A stretch of 64,000 nucleotides of DNA from Candidatus Oxydemutatoraceae bacterium (GTDB taxonomy: Bacteria; Pseudomonadota; Gammaproteobacteria; Poriferisulfidales; Oxydemutatoraceae), in NCBI GenBank assembly GCA_965218975.1, contig OZ244717.1, positions 192,001 through 256,000 on the forward strand, given 5' to 3'. The position numbers and the translations under genes were made by a program. Below, one piece after another: positions 53,236-64,000 of this stretch (position 1 is its first letter; every line of letters starts with the position of its first letter). Below the pieces are notes generated by a model. That model ran no database searches and was not told where the DNA came from. It was given only the letters and a program-made list of their open reading frames with translations.

Positions 53236-56172
53236 ATGACGCCTCCATTAAAGTCCTCCCGTGCTTTTAGCGAGTCTGCAAACGAGGGTAAATCGCTGCC
53301 CGAGTTTGAGAATCACGCACGGCAGGTAACTAAATACACGACCTGTTATATGTGTGCGTGTCGTTGCGGAATTAAAGTAACGATTGAAAATAATAAGGTG
53401 CGCTTTATACAAGGCAATCGCAGACACCCCGTTAATCAAGGCGTTTTATGTGCTAAAGGCAATGCCGGGATTATGAAGCAGGAGTCACCGGCGAAACTGC
53501 GCACACCGCTGCGCCGCAAGCCCGGCAGTGAACGCGGCACAAGCGAGTTTGAACCGATTTCTTGGGATGAGGCATTAGATTTACTCACTAAACGTTTACA
53601 GAAAATCCGCGAAACCGATCCTAAAAAACTGGCATTTTTTACCGGACGCGATCAAATGCAAGCCTATACCGGACTGTGGGCACAGCAATTCGGTACGATT
53701 AACTGGGCGACACACGGCGGTTTTTGTTCGGTCAACATGGCCGCCGCAGGTCTATATACCATGGGGTATTCGTTTTGGGAGTTTGGTGACCCAGACTGGG
53801 ATAGAACCAAATACTTTATGTTGTGGGGGGTGTCCGAAGATCATTCGTCCAACCCAATAAAAATTGGGTTGGAAAAACTCAAACGCTCGGGTGCAAAGTT
53901 TGTCGCAATTAATCCGGTACGTACCGGATATCAAGCGATTGCCGACGAATGGATTCCGATTAAACCCGGTAGCGATGCAATGCTTGCGTTATCTATGGTG
54001 CATGTCCTGCTAAAACATGAGTTGTTTGACTGGGAATTTTTGATTCGCTATACCAACGCGCCGAATCTGGTCTATTGTACTCCCGGAGAGAAAACCGACG
54101 GATTGTTTTATCGCAATGACAACGGTGAGGTGTTGGTTCATGACCAAGGCTCGGGGGAATTTCGTAGCGCGATGCAAAGCGGTATTCAGCCCGCTTTGCT
54201 TGGGGAATTTCAGACAGTTGAAGGAGATACTGTCAAGACCGCATTTACATTGCTTGCCGAGCGATATTTAGACCAACAGTATGCACCGGAAAATGCGGCG
54301 CGCGTGTGCGGGGTTGCGGCGGAAGACATTACGCGCTTGGCTTTGGAGATGGCGCATGTCGCATTCAAGGAGACAATTGAGATTAATTGTCAGTGGACGG
54401 ACTGGACCGGTCGCCGCCACGACAAGTTTATCGGACGACCGGTATCAATGCATGCGATGCGTGGTATTTCAGCGCATTCCAACGGATTTCAGACATGCCG
54501 AGCGTTGCATTTTTTACAGATTTTACTAGGTACGATTGATTGCCCTGGCGGATACCGTGCCAAAGCACCCTATCCGAAGCACATTCCGCCGCCCATTAAG
54601 CCTGCCGTCAATACCGTCGCGCAGACACCGCTAAACTCGCCGCCATTGGGTTTCCCTACCTGCCCCGAGGATTTGGTTGTGGATGATGACGGTCGTCCCC
54701 GGCGAATTGACAAAGCCTATTCTTGGGAGGCGCCGCTGGCGATTCATGGGTTATTGCATATGGTAATTACCAACGCGGTCAATGGTGACCCATATCCGAT
54801 TGACACCTTGATTTTGTTTATGGCAAACATGGCGTGGAACTCTTCCATGAACACAATGCAAGTGCGTGAAATGCTATCCGCCAAAGACGAACATGGCAAC
54901 TATAAATTGCCATTTCTAGTAGTGGTTGATGCATTTTATTCCGAGACGGTTGCGTATGCCGATTTAGTGTTACCGGATACCACGTACCTCGAACGCTTTG
55001 ACACTATCTCTATTTTAGACCGTCCGATTGCCGAGCCTGATGCGGTCTGCGACGCAATCCGTGCTCCGGTGTTGGATGTCGACCGCGATGTTTGCGCATG
55101 GCAGGAAGTAATGACTGAGTTGGCGAGCCGTTTGCAATTTCCCGCTTTCACTAACGAGGATGGTAGTCGCAAATATAAAGATTATAAAGATTTCATTGTT
55201 CGCTTTGAAAAAGCGCCGGGGCTTGGTTTCCTTGCCGGCTGGCGGGGGGAAAACGGCGAATCGCATATCCGCGGTGCGCCCAACCCTAAGCAATGGGAGC
55301 GTTACATTGAAAACGAATGCTTCTTTCACTTTCCTTTGCCGGAAAATCAAAGATTTTATCGTTTCGCCAATAAAGATTACCTTGCCTTTGCCAAGGAAGC
55401 AGGATTCAATACTTGTGATGATCCGATCTTACTGTCGCTGTACTCGGAAGAGTTGCAGAAGTTCAGATTAGCGGCAGCGGGTTTGACCGACGGTCCTCAA
55501 CCGAATAACGATCAAGATCGCAAACGTATTCAAACTTTTTTTGACCCCTTGCCTTTTTATTATCAGCCCCTGGAACAAGTGCGCACAAATTTAGGGGAGT
55601 TTCCTTTTTTTGCACTGACTCAACGTCCGATGATGATGTATCACTCATGGGATTCACAAAATGCTTGGTTGCGGCAGATTCTGGCGCAAAACATGTTGTT
55701 CATGAATCGTGGGCGAGCACAAGCGCTTGGTATTGAAGATCTGTCGTGGGTTTGGATTGAATCGCGACAGGCGCGAGTATGTGCGCAAGTCAAGTTAATG
55801 GAAGGAGTGCAACGCGATACGGTATGGACTTGGAATGCTATTGGCAAACAACGCGGTGCTTGGGGGTTGGAACCGGATGCCAACGAATCAAACAGCGGCT
55901 TTTTGCTAAATCATCTGATCTCAGAATTACTGCCGCAAACTGACGGTGACCGTCCGATTACGAACTCCGACCCAATTACCGGACAAGCGGCATGGTACGA
56001 TTTGCGCGTTAAAATTTACCCTGCCGATAAACCCGGCACAGCGCCGGTATTTAGTAGCATACCTCCGCTAGCAGGACAAGCGGCACAAGAATCAACCTTG
56101 CGTTACCAAACGCATCCTGCGGTTAATTTGCGCCGCTCATTTCGGGACATTTTAAGTCGCGGGTGGAAATAA
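53236..56172 (+). CDS. soeA: Sulfite:quinone oxidoreductase molybdopterin subunit
   Basis: TTCYMCACRCG, no Tat signal, FFTGRDQ, HGGFCSVNMA, AMRGISAHSNG, TQRPM.MYHSW. Confidence 0.92.
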   Translation: MTPPLKSSRAFSESANEGKSLPEFENHARQVTKYTTCYMCACRCGIKVTIENNKVRFIQGNRRHPVNQGVLCAKGNAGIMKQESPAKLRTPLRRKPGSERGTSEFEPISWDEALDLLTKRLQKIRETDPKKLAFFTGRDQMQAYTGLWAQQFGTINWATHGGFCSVNMAAAGLYTMGYSFWEFGDPDWDRTKYFMLWGVSEDHSSNPIKIGLEKLKRSGAKFVAINPVRTGYQAIADEWIPIKPGSDAMLALSMVHVLLKHELFDWEFLIRYTNAPNLVYCTPGEKTDGLFYRNDNGEVLVHDQGSGEFRSAMQSGIQPALLGEFQTVEGDTVKTAFTLLAERYLDQQYAPENAARVCGVAAEDITRLALEMAHVAFKETIEINCQWTDWTGRRHDKFIGRPVSMHAMRGISAHSNGFQTCRALHFLQILLGTIDCPGGYRAKAPYPKHIPPPIKPAVNTVAQTPLNSPPLGFPTCPEDLVVDDDGRPRRIDKAYSWEAPLAIHGLLHMVITNAVNGDPYPIDTLILFMANMAWNSSMNTMQVREMLSAKDEHGNYKLPFLVVVDAFYSETVAYADLVLPDTTYLERFDTISILDRPIAEPDAVCDAIRAPVLDVDRDVCAWQEVMTELASRLQFPAFTNEDGSRKYKDYKDFIVRFEKAPGLGFLAGWRGENGESHIRGAPNPKQWERYIENECFFHFPLPENQRFYRFANKDYLAFAKEAGFNTCDDPILLSLYSEELQKFRLAAAGLTDGPQPNNDQDRKRIQTFFDPLPFYYQPLEQVRTNLGEFPFFALTQRPMMMYHSWDSQNAWLRQILAQNMLFMNRGRAQALGIEDLSWVWIESRQARVCAQVKLMEGVQRDTVWTWNAIGKQRGAWGLEPDANESNSGFLLNHLISELLPQTDGDRPITNSDPITGQAAWYDLRVKIYPADKPGTAPVFSSIPPLAGQAAQESTLRYQTHPAVNLRRSFRDILSRGWK

Positions 56173-56867
56173 TGCGTTTAGGACTTGCTATTGATTTAGA
56201 CACTTGCGTCGGTTGTAACGCCTGCGCAGTCGCATGCAAACAGTGGAATACTTCGGGAACGACGGGGCCTTTGTCCGATTATCGTCCGTTTGGTAAAGAC
56301 CCTAGTGGCGTATGGTTTAACCGCATCCGCAACTATGAAGTCGACGATTATCCGCACAGCAAGACGGTGCACTTCCCGATGTCGTGTATGCACTGCGAAG
56401 ATGCCGATTGCGTCACCGTGTGCCCGACGGGCGCCTCATATAAACGTCCTGAAGATGGAATCGTGCTGGTCGATCAAGATAAGTGTATAGGGTGTAACTA
56501 TTGCGCATGGGCGTGTCCGTACGGCGCACGTGAACTAGACGAAGTGGACGGGGTGATGAAGAAATGCACGTTGTGTATCGATCGAATTTACGATACGGAA
56601 CTGCCTGAGGAGGATCGCCAACCTGCATGTGTGTTGACTTGTCCGACCCACGCACGTTTCTTTGGCGACTACGATGATCCGGATTCGGAAGTGTCGCGTT
56701 TGGCGCGAATGCGCGGAGGCAAACAACTAATGCCGGAGCTTGGTTACAACCCGACGAACCTATATTTCCCACCGCGCAACCAAGTAAACACTCCGATGCA
56801 TGATGCACAACCCAAAAGTTTGATGGATAAAGTCAAAGATTGGGTTAATCGACCTATTACTCGTTAG
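56172..56867 (+). CDS. soeB: Sulfite dehydrogenase Fe-S subunit
   Basis: Four Cys clusters (DmsB-type); TAATG overlap with soeA. Confidence 0.9.
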   Translation: MRLGLAIDLDTCVGCNACAVACKQWNTSGTTGPLSDYRPFGKDPSGVWFNRIRNYEVDDYPHSKTVHFPMSCMHCEDADCVTVCPTGASYKRPEDGIVLVDQDKCIGCNYCAWACPYGARELDEVDGVMKKCTLCIDRIYDTELPEEDRQPACVLTCPTHARFFGDYDDPDSEVSRLARMRGGKQLMPELGYNPTNLYFPPRNQVNTPMHDAQPKSLMDKVKDWVNRPITR

Positions 56868-56883
56868 ACCCATTTATAGACTC

Positions 56884-57813
56884 ATGCGTCCGGCGCTTTC
56901 GGTTATTTTCTTCACGGTTATCTCGGGTGCGGGCTATGGCTTATTTATGCTTCTTGCCATTGTCGGGTTGTTTGATCAGTTTCTACCGGCACGTGTGGGT
57001 GTTCCGGCTAGTATTTTAGGATTGATTCTGGTTACACTTGGGTTATTTTCATCAATGTTACACCTCGCAAATCCGAAAAATGCTTGGCGCTCCTTTAGTC
57101 GATTCCGTACCTCATGGCTATCACGTGAAGGTGTATTTGCCATCCTATTTTATTTCCCCGCATTATTGTATTTAACGGGATGGTGGTTTTCCGGTTATCG
57201 TGGAAGTGGTTGGATGATCTTATCGTTGATCGTTTTTCTACTCGCAGCCATAGTCGTTTTCAGCACGGGGATGATTTATGCTTGCTTGAAAACCATCCGG
57301 CAATGGAACACAGCATTGGTTCCGACTAATTATCTAGTGTTGGCGCTCATGTCGGGCGCGTTACTATTATTGTTCTTACAAACTCAACTGATGAATATAC
57401 CGCTTGAGCCGTTGCGTTTGACAGTGTTGGCTATGCTTGCATTGGCATTAACAATGAAATGGATTTATTTTAGTTGGGCCGACCAACATGCGGGCTCGAC
57501 TATCAATACCGCCACCGGTTTTACCCAAGCGCAAGTACGCTTGCTTGATGTCGGACATACCGGCGGCACTTTTCTTACTTCCGAGTTTGACTACCGGACT
57601 ACGTTGACAAGGCCACTGAAATGGGCTTCGATGTTGTTTGCTTTTATCGCGCCTTTTATTTTGATCATAACCATTCCGTCGGTTGAATATCCCAATCTTG
57701 CTTGTTTTGCCGCGGTGGTATCGGCAGGGATCGGATTGTTCATTGAACGATGGCTGTTTTTTAGCCAAGCTCGCCATGTAGTCAATTTGTATCATGGCGC
57801 CAGTAGCGTTTGA
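56884..57813 (+). CDS. soeC: Sulfite dehydrogenase membrane anchor (DmsC-like)
   Basis: MRPALSVIFFT, HL..P..AWR.FS..RTSWLSRE, ERWLFF..A.H.V. Confidence 0.9.
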   Translation: MRPALSVIFFTVISGAGYGLFMLLAIVGLFDQFLPARVGVPASILGLILVTLGLFSSMLHLANPKNAWRSFSRFRTSWLSREGVFAILFYFPALLYLTGWWFSGYRGSGWMILSLIVFLLAAIVVFSTGMIYACLKTIRQWNTALVPTNYLVLALMSGALLLLFLQTQLMNIPLEPLRLTVLAMLALALTMKWIYFSWADQHAGSTINTATGFTQAQVRLLDVGHTGGTFLTSEFDYRTTLTRPLKWASMLFAFIAPFILIITIPSVEYPNLACFAAVVSAGIGLFIERWLFFSQARHVVNLYHGASSV

Positions 57814-58058
57814 TTTGTGTGATGCCTTATTTCATCTATCAAATTGATCGCACTCAAGATACTCCGGCCTTAACTTATTTGAAAACATTCGATAAATTTC
57901 GCGATGCTAAAGCATATGCGCGACTACACCGCGCCGAGATGACACCGGAGGCGGCAGACCAACAGATAAAGATAATTTTTACTACCGATGCCCATGAAGC
58001 CGAAACCCTTTTAACCGAACACCGTGAGGCGCCCATTTTGAAAGAGTGGGAGAAATAA
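57810..58058 (+). CDS. Small hypothetical protein
   Basis: 82-aa ORF coupled to soeC (likely start MPYFIY). Confidence 0.6.
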   Translation: MICVMPYFIYQIDRTQDTPALTYLKTFDKFRDAKAYARLHRAEMTPEAADQQIKIIFTTDAHEAETLLTEHREAPILKEWEK

Positions 58059-58229
58059 TTGCTCTTAATCGTATCCGGTTTTGTTGCTGTACATCTATAA
58101 GCTTTAAGTTTCGCTGTTGCGTTTTTGCTTCGACGGCTAAATAAAAAAGATGAATACTTTTGTATATCTTCTTAATGCGGCTTCCAATCCATGTGTCCGC
58201 TCAAGGCGTGGTTTCGTCTGTGGAATGCG

Positions 58230-58464
58230 ATTCTTACCCCTTGAGCGTTTCAACCGTACTCTGCAAAAAGACTTTGCGGACCACAATGAGGAACTATTGT
58301 TTACGAATTCGGATAAATTCAACGAGCGTTTATGGTCATATTCGGAGTGGTACAATATGCGCCGACTGCATGCCGACAACGGACAGAAAGCACCGATCCG
58401 AATGTTACTGCCGGGCGCTTCCCTCAAAGCTCTTTAAAAATCCCATTTAGGGTGGCATCGTACA
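58230..58464 (+). mobile_element. IS481-like 3' remnant without module
   Basis: ERFNRTLQKDF...WYNMRRLH...; right end GGTGGCATCGTACA at 58464. Confidence 0.8.
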
Positions 58465-58549
58465 GCTGATGGATTATAATGGATACCGACAAATTGTACT
58501 ACTTAGGGCAAAGTTCGTTCGCCAAGGCGCTCCCGGATAACAGTGAGAT

Positions 58550-59644
58550 GTGAATTTATTGATGATTGAAACCATAGAAAAATCTTTAGGACAAATTCAG
58601 GACCCCAATACGCGCAAAGATCTGCGTGCCTCTAAATCCCTCAATAAAGTGCATATTGAAGGTAATAAGGTGATTGTTGATATCGTTCTTGGTTATCCGG
58701 CGAAATCGTTTATTCCCGTATTAGAAAAACTGATCCGCAACGAGCTGAAGGGAATGACCGATGGCATGGAACCGGAGCTACATGTCCGTAGTGAAATTCA
58801 ATCGCATACAGTGCAGAAAAACTTAAAGCCGTTGCATAATATTAAAAATATTATTGCGGTTGCTTCAGGCAAAGGGGGGGTCGGAAAATCAACCACCGCG
58901 GTTAACCTCGCGTTAGCTTTATCGGTGGAAGGAGCTAATGTCGGAATGTTGGATGCCGATATTTACGGCCCGAGTCAGCCGAGTATGCTTGGTATAAAAG
59001 GGCAAAAGCCCGAATCAAAAGATGGTAAAACTTTAGAACCGATCAAAAGTTACGGATTGCAGTCGATGTCTATCGGATTTTTAGTGGAGGAGGACACACC
59101 TATGATTTGGCGGGGGCCGATGGTGACACAAGCTCTGGAGCAGTTGCTTGTAGACACTAACTGGCGCGATTTGGATTATTTAGTTGTCGATTTGCCGCCG
59201 GGTACAGGCGATGTACAACTTACTCTGGCACAAAAAATTCCGGTCAGCGGTGCAGTTATTGTAACAACACCGCAGGATATTGCGCTGTTGGATGCCCGCA
59301 AAGGTATCAAGATGTTTGAGCGTGTCGATGTGCCGATACTGGGCGTTGTGGAAAATATGAGCATTCATATTTGTAGCCAATGTGGCTACGAAGAGCACAT
59401 TTTCGGTTCGGGCGGCGGCGAATTAATGGCGCGCGATCACAACATCCGTTTGCTGGGATGTTTACCTTTGGATCGTTCTATCCGCGAGCAAGCAGACGGC
59501 GGTAATCCGACGGTGATCGCGGATTCGGATAGTCGTTGCGCTAGAATTTATTGCGAAATTGCTTGGCAGACAGCCGCGCAATTGGCGGTGCAGGGTAAAG
59601 ACTATTCGGCGAAGTTTCCTAAAATTGTTATTCAAAATACTTAG
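58550..59644 (+). CDS. apbC: Fe-S cluster carrier ApbC/Mrp
   Basis: SGKGGVGKST, DADIYGPS, WRGPM, DLPPGTGD, ENMS..IC..C. Confidence 0.96.
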   Translation: MNLLMIETIEKSLGQIQDPNTRKDLRASKSLNKVHIEGNKVIVDIVLGYPAKSFIPVLEKLIRNELKGMTDGMEPELHVRSEIQSHTVQKNLKPLHNIKNIIAVASGKGGVGKSTTAVNLALALSVEGANVGMLDADIYGPSQPSMLGIKGQKPESKDGKTLEPIKSYGLQSMSIGFLVEEDTPMIWRGPMVTQALEQLLVDTNWRDLDYLVVDLPPGTGDVQLTLAQKIPVSGAVIVTTPQDIALLDARKGIKMFERVDVPILGVVENMSIHICSQCGYEEHIFGSGGGELMARDHNIRLLGCLPLDRSIREQADGGNPTVIADSDSRCARIYCEIAWQTAAQLAVQGKDYSAKFPKIVIQNT

Positions 59645-59661
59645 ATTCTCATTAAGTTCGA

Positions 59662-60228
59662 ATGTCTGTTAAGCCCGATTCGTGGATCCGTGCTATGGCT
59701 CATGAGTATCGGATGATTGAGCCGTTTGAACCCCAACAGATCAGTCGTGTCGGCGACCGTCGAGTTATTTCGTACGGCATTTCAAGCTATGGCTATGACG
59801 TTCGTTGCAGCGACCGATTCAAAATATTTACGAATATCAACTCAGCGATCGTCGATCCGAAACATTTTGATGAAAATAGTTTTGTCGATCAACAATCGGA
59901 AGTTTGTATTATTCCGCCGAATTCATTCGCGCTTGCCGGAACGGTTGAATATTTTCGCATCCCACGGTCGGTACTAACGATTTGCTTAGGTAAATCAACC
60001 TACGCTCGTTGCGGCATTATTGTAAATGTCACACCGCTTGAACCGGAATGGGAAGGGCATATTACGCTTGAATTCTCTAATACGACACCTTTGCCGGCAA
60101 AGATTTATGCCAACGAGGGCGTTGCCCAAATTGTTTTTTTTGAGTCCGATGAAGTTTGTCAAACTTCTTACAAAGATCGCGATGGGAAGTATCAGAAACA
60201 AGCGGGTGTAACCTTGCCGAAGGCGTAA
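59662..60228 (+). CDS. dcd: dCTP deaminase
   Basis: [27 protein letters not shown]. Confidence 0.97.
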   Translation: MSVKPDSWIRAMAHEYRMIEPFEPQQISRVGDRRVISYGISSYGYDVRCSDRFKIFTNINSAIVDPKHFDENSFVDQQSEVCIIPPNSFALAGTVEYFRIPRSVLTICLGKSTYARCGIIVNVTPLEPEWEGHITLEFSNTTPLPAKIYANEGVAQIVFFESDEVCQTSYKDRDGKYQKQAGVTLPKA

Positions 60229-60369
60229 ATCCCAGCCGGCGCGATATTCCTTACAGCGGTTCGCTACCGCCTCAGATTGATTCCTAGCGCGAAATAAGTT
60301 TACCGACACTGTACAGTTTTCGGTTTGTTTGGTTTACGGACGACTCATCTGCGGACCCTTTGTCATCAA

Positions 60370-60634
60370 GCAGTAGCTGACCCATCCCAAGGAGCCGAAA
60401 ATGAACGCGCATATCAAACGTTTGACCGAACCGTGCAGGAAGATTGTATCGATCAAGACCTATTATTCACCAATATCAAAGCATTCAATGACCGGTGATG
60501 TGAGTATTAGAGTTGACCGTAATCTGCACCCGTCCGCATGACGGCAACGGACAGAAAGCGCCGATGATCCGAATGTCGTGCCGGACACTTCCTCCGAAGC
60601 GCTGCAAAAATCCCATTTAGAGTGGCATCGTATA
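60370..60634 (+). mobile_element. Degraded IS481-like 3' remnant without module
   Basis: PKMNAHIKR...VQEDCID..., right end TCCCATTTAGAGTGGCATCGTATA. Confidence 0.75.
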
Positions 60635-60704
60635 GTATTCATGTTCCGTTTGTTAAAATTCGGTATAATTATGGGAAGTAGTAGTTGCTATAAGGAGGTC
60701 TATT

Positions 60705-61313
60705 ATGAAGAACCCTCTCAATTCCATTACAGGAACGATTGTCAGCGGTTTTATTCTTGCAGTTATAGTTAGTATAGTCCTTGCCGACGTAACCGTGACA
60801 CCGATCAATGCGCTCATTATATGGCTGCATGTGTTATTTGGTATTGTCTGGATTGGGTTATTGTATTACTTTAACTTTGTACAAATGCCGGCGGTCGCTA
60901 AAGCGTTGGAAGACGGGGACCCCGGCCCCGGTGCAATTAATCAATATGTTGCGCCTAAAGCATTGGCATGGTTTCGTTATACCGCTTTGCTAACTTGGTT
61001 AAGCGGCGCTGCCGCTATTGAAATTCTTTATGGTCCGGGTAGTTTTTTAAGCGTATTTGCCCTGCAAAAACAGGTTGTATTGGGCGTCGGAGCTTGGCTT
61101 GGAACAATCATGCTATTGAACGTCTGGGGCTTGATCTGGCCAAACCAGAAAAAAATACTCGGGCTTGATGGAGTTAACGCGACCGATGAACAAAAAGCAT
61201 CGGCAAAGAAAATTGCCATGCTGGCATCACGCACCAACACTTTGCTGTCTATTCCGATGATCCTATGTATGATCGGAGGCGGAATGGGACACGGCTTGCC
61301 TTTAGCGTTTTAA
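60705..61313 (+). CDS. PuuD (urate hydroxylase)-domain membrane protein, short form
   Basis: WLHV..G.VWIGLLYYFNFVQ.P, WFR, NVW..IWPNQKK, SRTNT.LSIPM. Confidence 0.8.
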   Translation: MKNPLNSITGTIVSGFILAVIVSIVLADVTVTPINALIIWLHVLFGIVWIGLLYYFNFVQMPAVAKALEDGDPGPGAINQYVAPKALAWFRYTALLTWLSGAAAIEILYGPGSFLSVFALQKQVVLGVGAWLGTIMLLNVWGLIWPNQKKILGLDGVNATDEQKASAKKIAMLASRTNTLLSIPMILCMIGGGMGHGLPLAF

Positions 61314-61350
61314 TACGCTCTTCATTTATCTACCGCGCGAAACAAGCTGA

Positions 61351-61381
61351 CCGGCGGCTATGATAGCCGCCGGCTTTTTTT
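61351..61381 (+). terminator. Intrinsic terminator
   Basis: CCGGCGGCTA-TGA-TAGCCGCCGG followed by CTTTTTTT. Confidence 0.8.
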
Positions 61382-61404
61382 ATTTATACAGCACACTGTT
61401 GACC

Positions 61405-62565
61405 ATGAGCTACCTATTCCCAAATTATGATCGCCTTCCGGTCACTTTTGCCAAAGGACAAGGTGTCTGGTTAGAAGACACTAACGGCAAACGTTATCTT
61501 GACGCATTGTCGGGTATCGCTGTATGCGGACTGGGACATGCTCATCCCACGATTGTTCAAGCGATTAACAACCAAAGTCGAAATCTATTGCATACTTCAA
61601 ATATCTACTATATTGACCGGCAAGAAGCGCTTGCCGAACGATTAACCGCTGTGGCAAACATGGATGCCGCTTTTTTCTGCAACTCCGGCACTGAAGCCAA
61701 TGAAGCGGCAATCAAGTTGGCACGACTATATGCGCACCATCAAGGAAATAAGCGCCCGGCAATTCTGGTCATGCAGGGAGGATTTCACGGACGTACGTTA
61801 GGTTCACTGGCAGCTTCGGATATGCAAACCGATCAATTCGGGCCATTGCCGGACGGCTTTGTTCGCATTCCGTTTAACGACATTACTGCTGCGGAAAATG
61901 CGATAGAAAGCGACAAGAACATTTGCGCCGTGTTGGTCGAACCGATACAAGGCGAAGGCGGTGTCCGTATTCCCGCACCGGACTACTTGCCCGCATTGCG
62001 GCAATTATGTGATCAACACCAATTATTATTGATGCTTGACGAAGTGCAAACCGGCGTGGGAAGAACCGGGCATTGGTACTGCTATCAACAGTACGCATGG
62101 CGCCCCGATATCCTGACTACTGCAAAAGCGCTTGGTAACGGAATACCTATAGGTGCGTGCTTGGCAAATGAGAATGTTGCCTCAATCTTTACACCCGGCA
62201 CCCATGGTTCCACTTTCGGCGGTAACCCACTGGCATGCGCTGTCGGCTATTCCGTTTTAGAAACGATCGCAAACCGGAATCTATGTGTTCACGCCGGCAA
62301 CATCGGTAATTATTTGTTAACGGAACTACAATCAAAACTCAGCGCAATGGATGGCATCGTTGAAATACGCGGTGCCGGATTAATGATCGGTATCGAACTC
62401 AAACAAGCTTATCCGACTTTATCTTCGGCCGCACTGGAATCTGGCTTGCTAATCAATGTCATATCCGGTACGGTAGTCCGTCTATTGCCTCCGCTCATCA
62501 TTGAACATGAACACGCTGATATGATCGTTGAAAGGCTGGCGGAAAGCATACAAAAAGTCATTTAA
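61405..62565 (+). CDS. argD: Acetylornithine aminotransferase
   Basis: NSGTEANEAA.K, FHGRT, EPIQGEGG, DEVQTG.GRTG, AKALG; upstream of argF. Confidence 0.93.
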   Translation: MSYLFPNYDRLPVTFAKGQGVWLEDTNGKRYLDALSGIAVCGLGHAHPTIVQAINNQSRNLLHTSNIYYIDRQEALAERLTAVANMDAAFFCNSGTEANEAAIKLARLYAHHQGNKRPAILVMQGGFHGRTLGSLAASDMQTDQFGPLPDGFVRIPFNDITAAENAIESDKNICAVLVEPIQGEGGVRIPAPDYLPALRQLCDQHQLLLMLDEVQTGVGRTGHWYCYQQYAWRPDILTTAKALGNGIPIGACLANENVASIFTPGTHGSTFGGNPLACAVGYSVLETIANRNLCVHAGNIGNYLLTELQSKLSAMDGIVEIRGAGLMIGIELKQAYPTLSSAALESGLLINVISGTVVRLLPPLIIEHEHADMIVERLAESIQKVI

Positions 62566-62570
62566 TTATC

Positions 62571-63485
62571 ATGCAAACAAACCGACATTTTTTATCGCTT
62601 CTGGATTTTTCACCTGAAGAATTGCAGGTTTTAATTCGGCGGGCAGCGGAATTAAAAAACATGTCGACTGATGCCGAATACATGCCGTTGAGAGGCAAAT
62701 CATTGGTGATGATCTTTGAAAAATCTTCAACCCGTACACGTATTTCATTTGAAATCGCGATGCGTCAGTTAGGCGGGTACGCGATTTTTCTCTCAATGCG
62801 CGATACTCAACTCGGGCGCGGCGAGCTCATTGAAGACAGTGCGCGTGTTTTATCAAGACTCGCCGATGTGATTATGCTGAGAACCTTTGAACATCAGCGG
62901 TTGATAGACTTTGCCGAACATTCGGGCAAGCCGGTGATTAACGGGTTAACCGACTACTTACACCCCTGCCAGTTGCTTGCCGACATGTTGACTTATTATG
63001 AAAGGAAAGGCGACATCAAAGGACGGATTGTCGCATGGGTAGGCGACGGCAACAATATGTGCCACTCATATATCAACGCGGCAAAACAATTCGGCTTCCG
63101 CTTACGCGTTGCCTGCCCCAGCGGCTTCAGCCCGGACGATAAAATCCTCAGCGACAACCATGCCGTCGAGATCAGCGCTTCTCCTCAAGCGGCCGTTGCA
63201 GGGGCGGATTTGGTCGTGACCGACGTGTGGGTAAGCATGGGACAGGAAGCAGAACGCACCGAACGCTTACAAAAACTTGCTGATTATCAGGTGAACAGCA
63301 AACTAATGGCTAGCGCTGACAAAGATGCTATATTTTTACATTGCTTGCCGGCGCACCGCGGCGAAGAAGTCAGCGCCGAAATATTGGAAAGCGCACAAAG
63401 CGGCGTTTGGGATGCGGCGGAAAACCGGATGCATTCGCAAAAAGCGCTTTTGGAATTTCTATTGATCGGTCGAAACCAAACTTAG
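62571..63485 (+). CDS. argF: Ornithine carbamoyltransferase
   Basis: STRTR, HPCQ, SMG, HCLP. Confidence 0.97.
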   Translation: MQTNRHFLSLLDFSPEELQVLIRRAAELKNMSTDAEYMPLRGKSLVMIFEKSSTRTRISFEIAMRQLGGYAIFLSMRDTQLGRGELIEDSARVLSRLADVIMLRTFEHQRLIDFAEHSGKPVINGLTDYLHPCQLLADMLTYYERKGDIKGRIVAWVGDGNNMCHSYINAAKQFGFRLRVACPSGFSPDDKILSDNHAVEISASPQAAVAGADLVVTDVWVSMGQEAERTERLQKLADYQVNSKLMASADKDAIFLHCLPAHRGEEVSAEILESAQSGVWDAAENRMHSQKALLEFLLIGRNQT

Positions 63486-63534
63486 CTTGTTAACTATCCT
63501 AAGCACTTTGTCCGGGGCCGTTACGCCAACCTGC

Positions 63535-64000
63535 TCAATGCTTACCGGAAGTTTTGGGATGCTTTGTATGGCGAATATCTTTGCCCGCCAGCAAGTACAC
63601 GGTATATTCACTAATGTTCTTAGCGTGATCACCAATGCGCTCAAGGGCACGAACACACCAAATCACGCTTAAAAGCGGTTGAACATCGCTGGGACACTCG
63701 GACATTTCGGATAGCAGGGCACTCATCACCGCCTGACACTCATCATCAAGCACTTGATCTTGCCGATGTAGCTTTGTGCTTGAATCTTCCAAACGCGCAA
63801 AACTATCTAACGCGAGACGTAGCATACTAGTAACGGTATTACCAAGCACTTCCACTCGTTGCAGAAGGCTTTTTGCAATATGGCTTTGCTCAATAATCGC
63901 AACTTGCTTTGCAATTTTTTGCGCTTCATCGCCAATGCGCTCCAAGTCGGCGATCATCTTCAACGCAGTGGTTACTAATCTTAAATCGCGCGCAACCGGC
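63535..64000 (-). CDS. phoU: Phosphate signalling protein PhoU (5' end outside window)
   Basis: RDLR...K...DLERIGD.A and R.LERIGDHAKNI.E. Confidence 0.93.
   Translation of the reverse strand, partial: PVARDLRLVTTALKMIADLERIGDEAQKIAKQVAIIEQSHIAKSLLQRVEVLGNTVTSMLRLALDSFARLEDSSTKLHRQDQVLDDECQAVMSALLSEMSECPSDVQPLLSVIWCVRALERIGDHAKNISEYTVYLLAGKDIRHTKHPKTSGKH

Noticed and set aside
61360-61404. Longer argD start
   Set aside because: It lies within a terminator hairpin; ATG 61405 fits the family N-terminus.

Overview
Chromosomal window from a gammaproteobacterium. It is probably host-associated (inference from Sel1/ankyrin proteins, pseudogenes and dense IS debris). Housekeeping blocks (gltB'-dnaG-rpoD-tRNA-Ile2; rplU-rpmA-obgE-proB-rpsT; comF-bioBF; soeABC; apbC-dcd; argD-argF-phoU') flank a lanthanide-dependent alcohol-oxidation region of about 25 kb. 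That region holds pip-pqqE-pqqCD-pqqB-pqqA (pqqA is missing from the ORF track), xoxF-G-J plus accessory genes, a Ped/Lut-type ABC transporter, acs, an aldehyde dehydrogenase, a LutH-like TonB receptor, an ankyrin protein and a Tat-exported HDAC-family protein. The blocks are separated by at least nine decayed IS481-like elements. Seven of these are invaded by a structured non-coding 98/106-bp module (26 copies counted, none outside IS remnants). The module has a covarying 18-bp palindrome, one fixed end that joins many transposase positions through 2-4 nt microhomology, and tandem or higher-order arrays. This module is the best candidate for an undescribed system. Also present: a complete IS1595 element with passenger genes (38-bp IRs, 8-bp TSD), a decayed tRNA-targeted integrative element, and a possible remote DGR target. 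All calls come from reading the sequence; no database searches were run.
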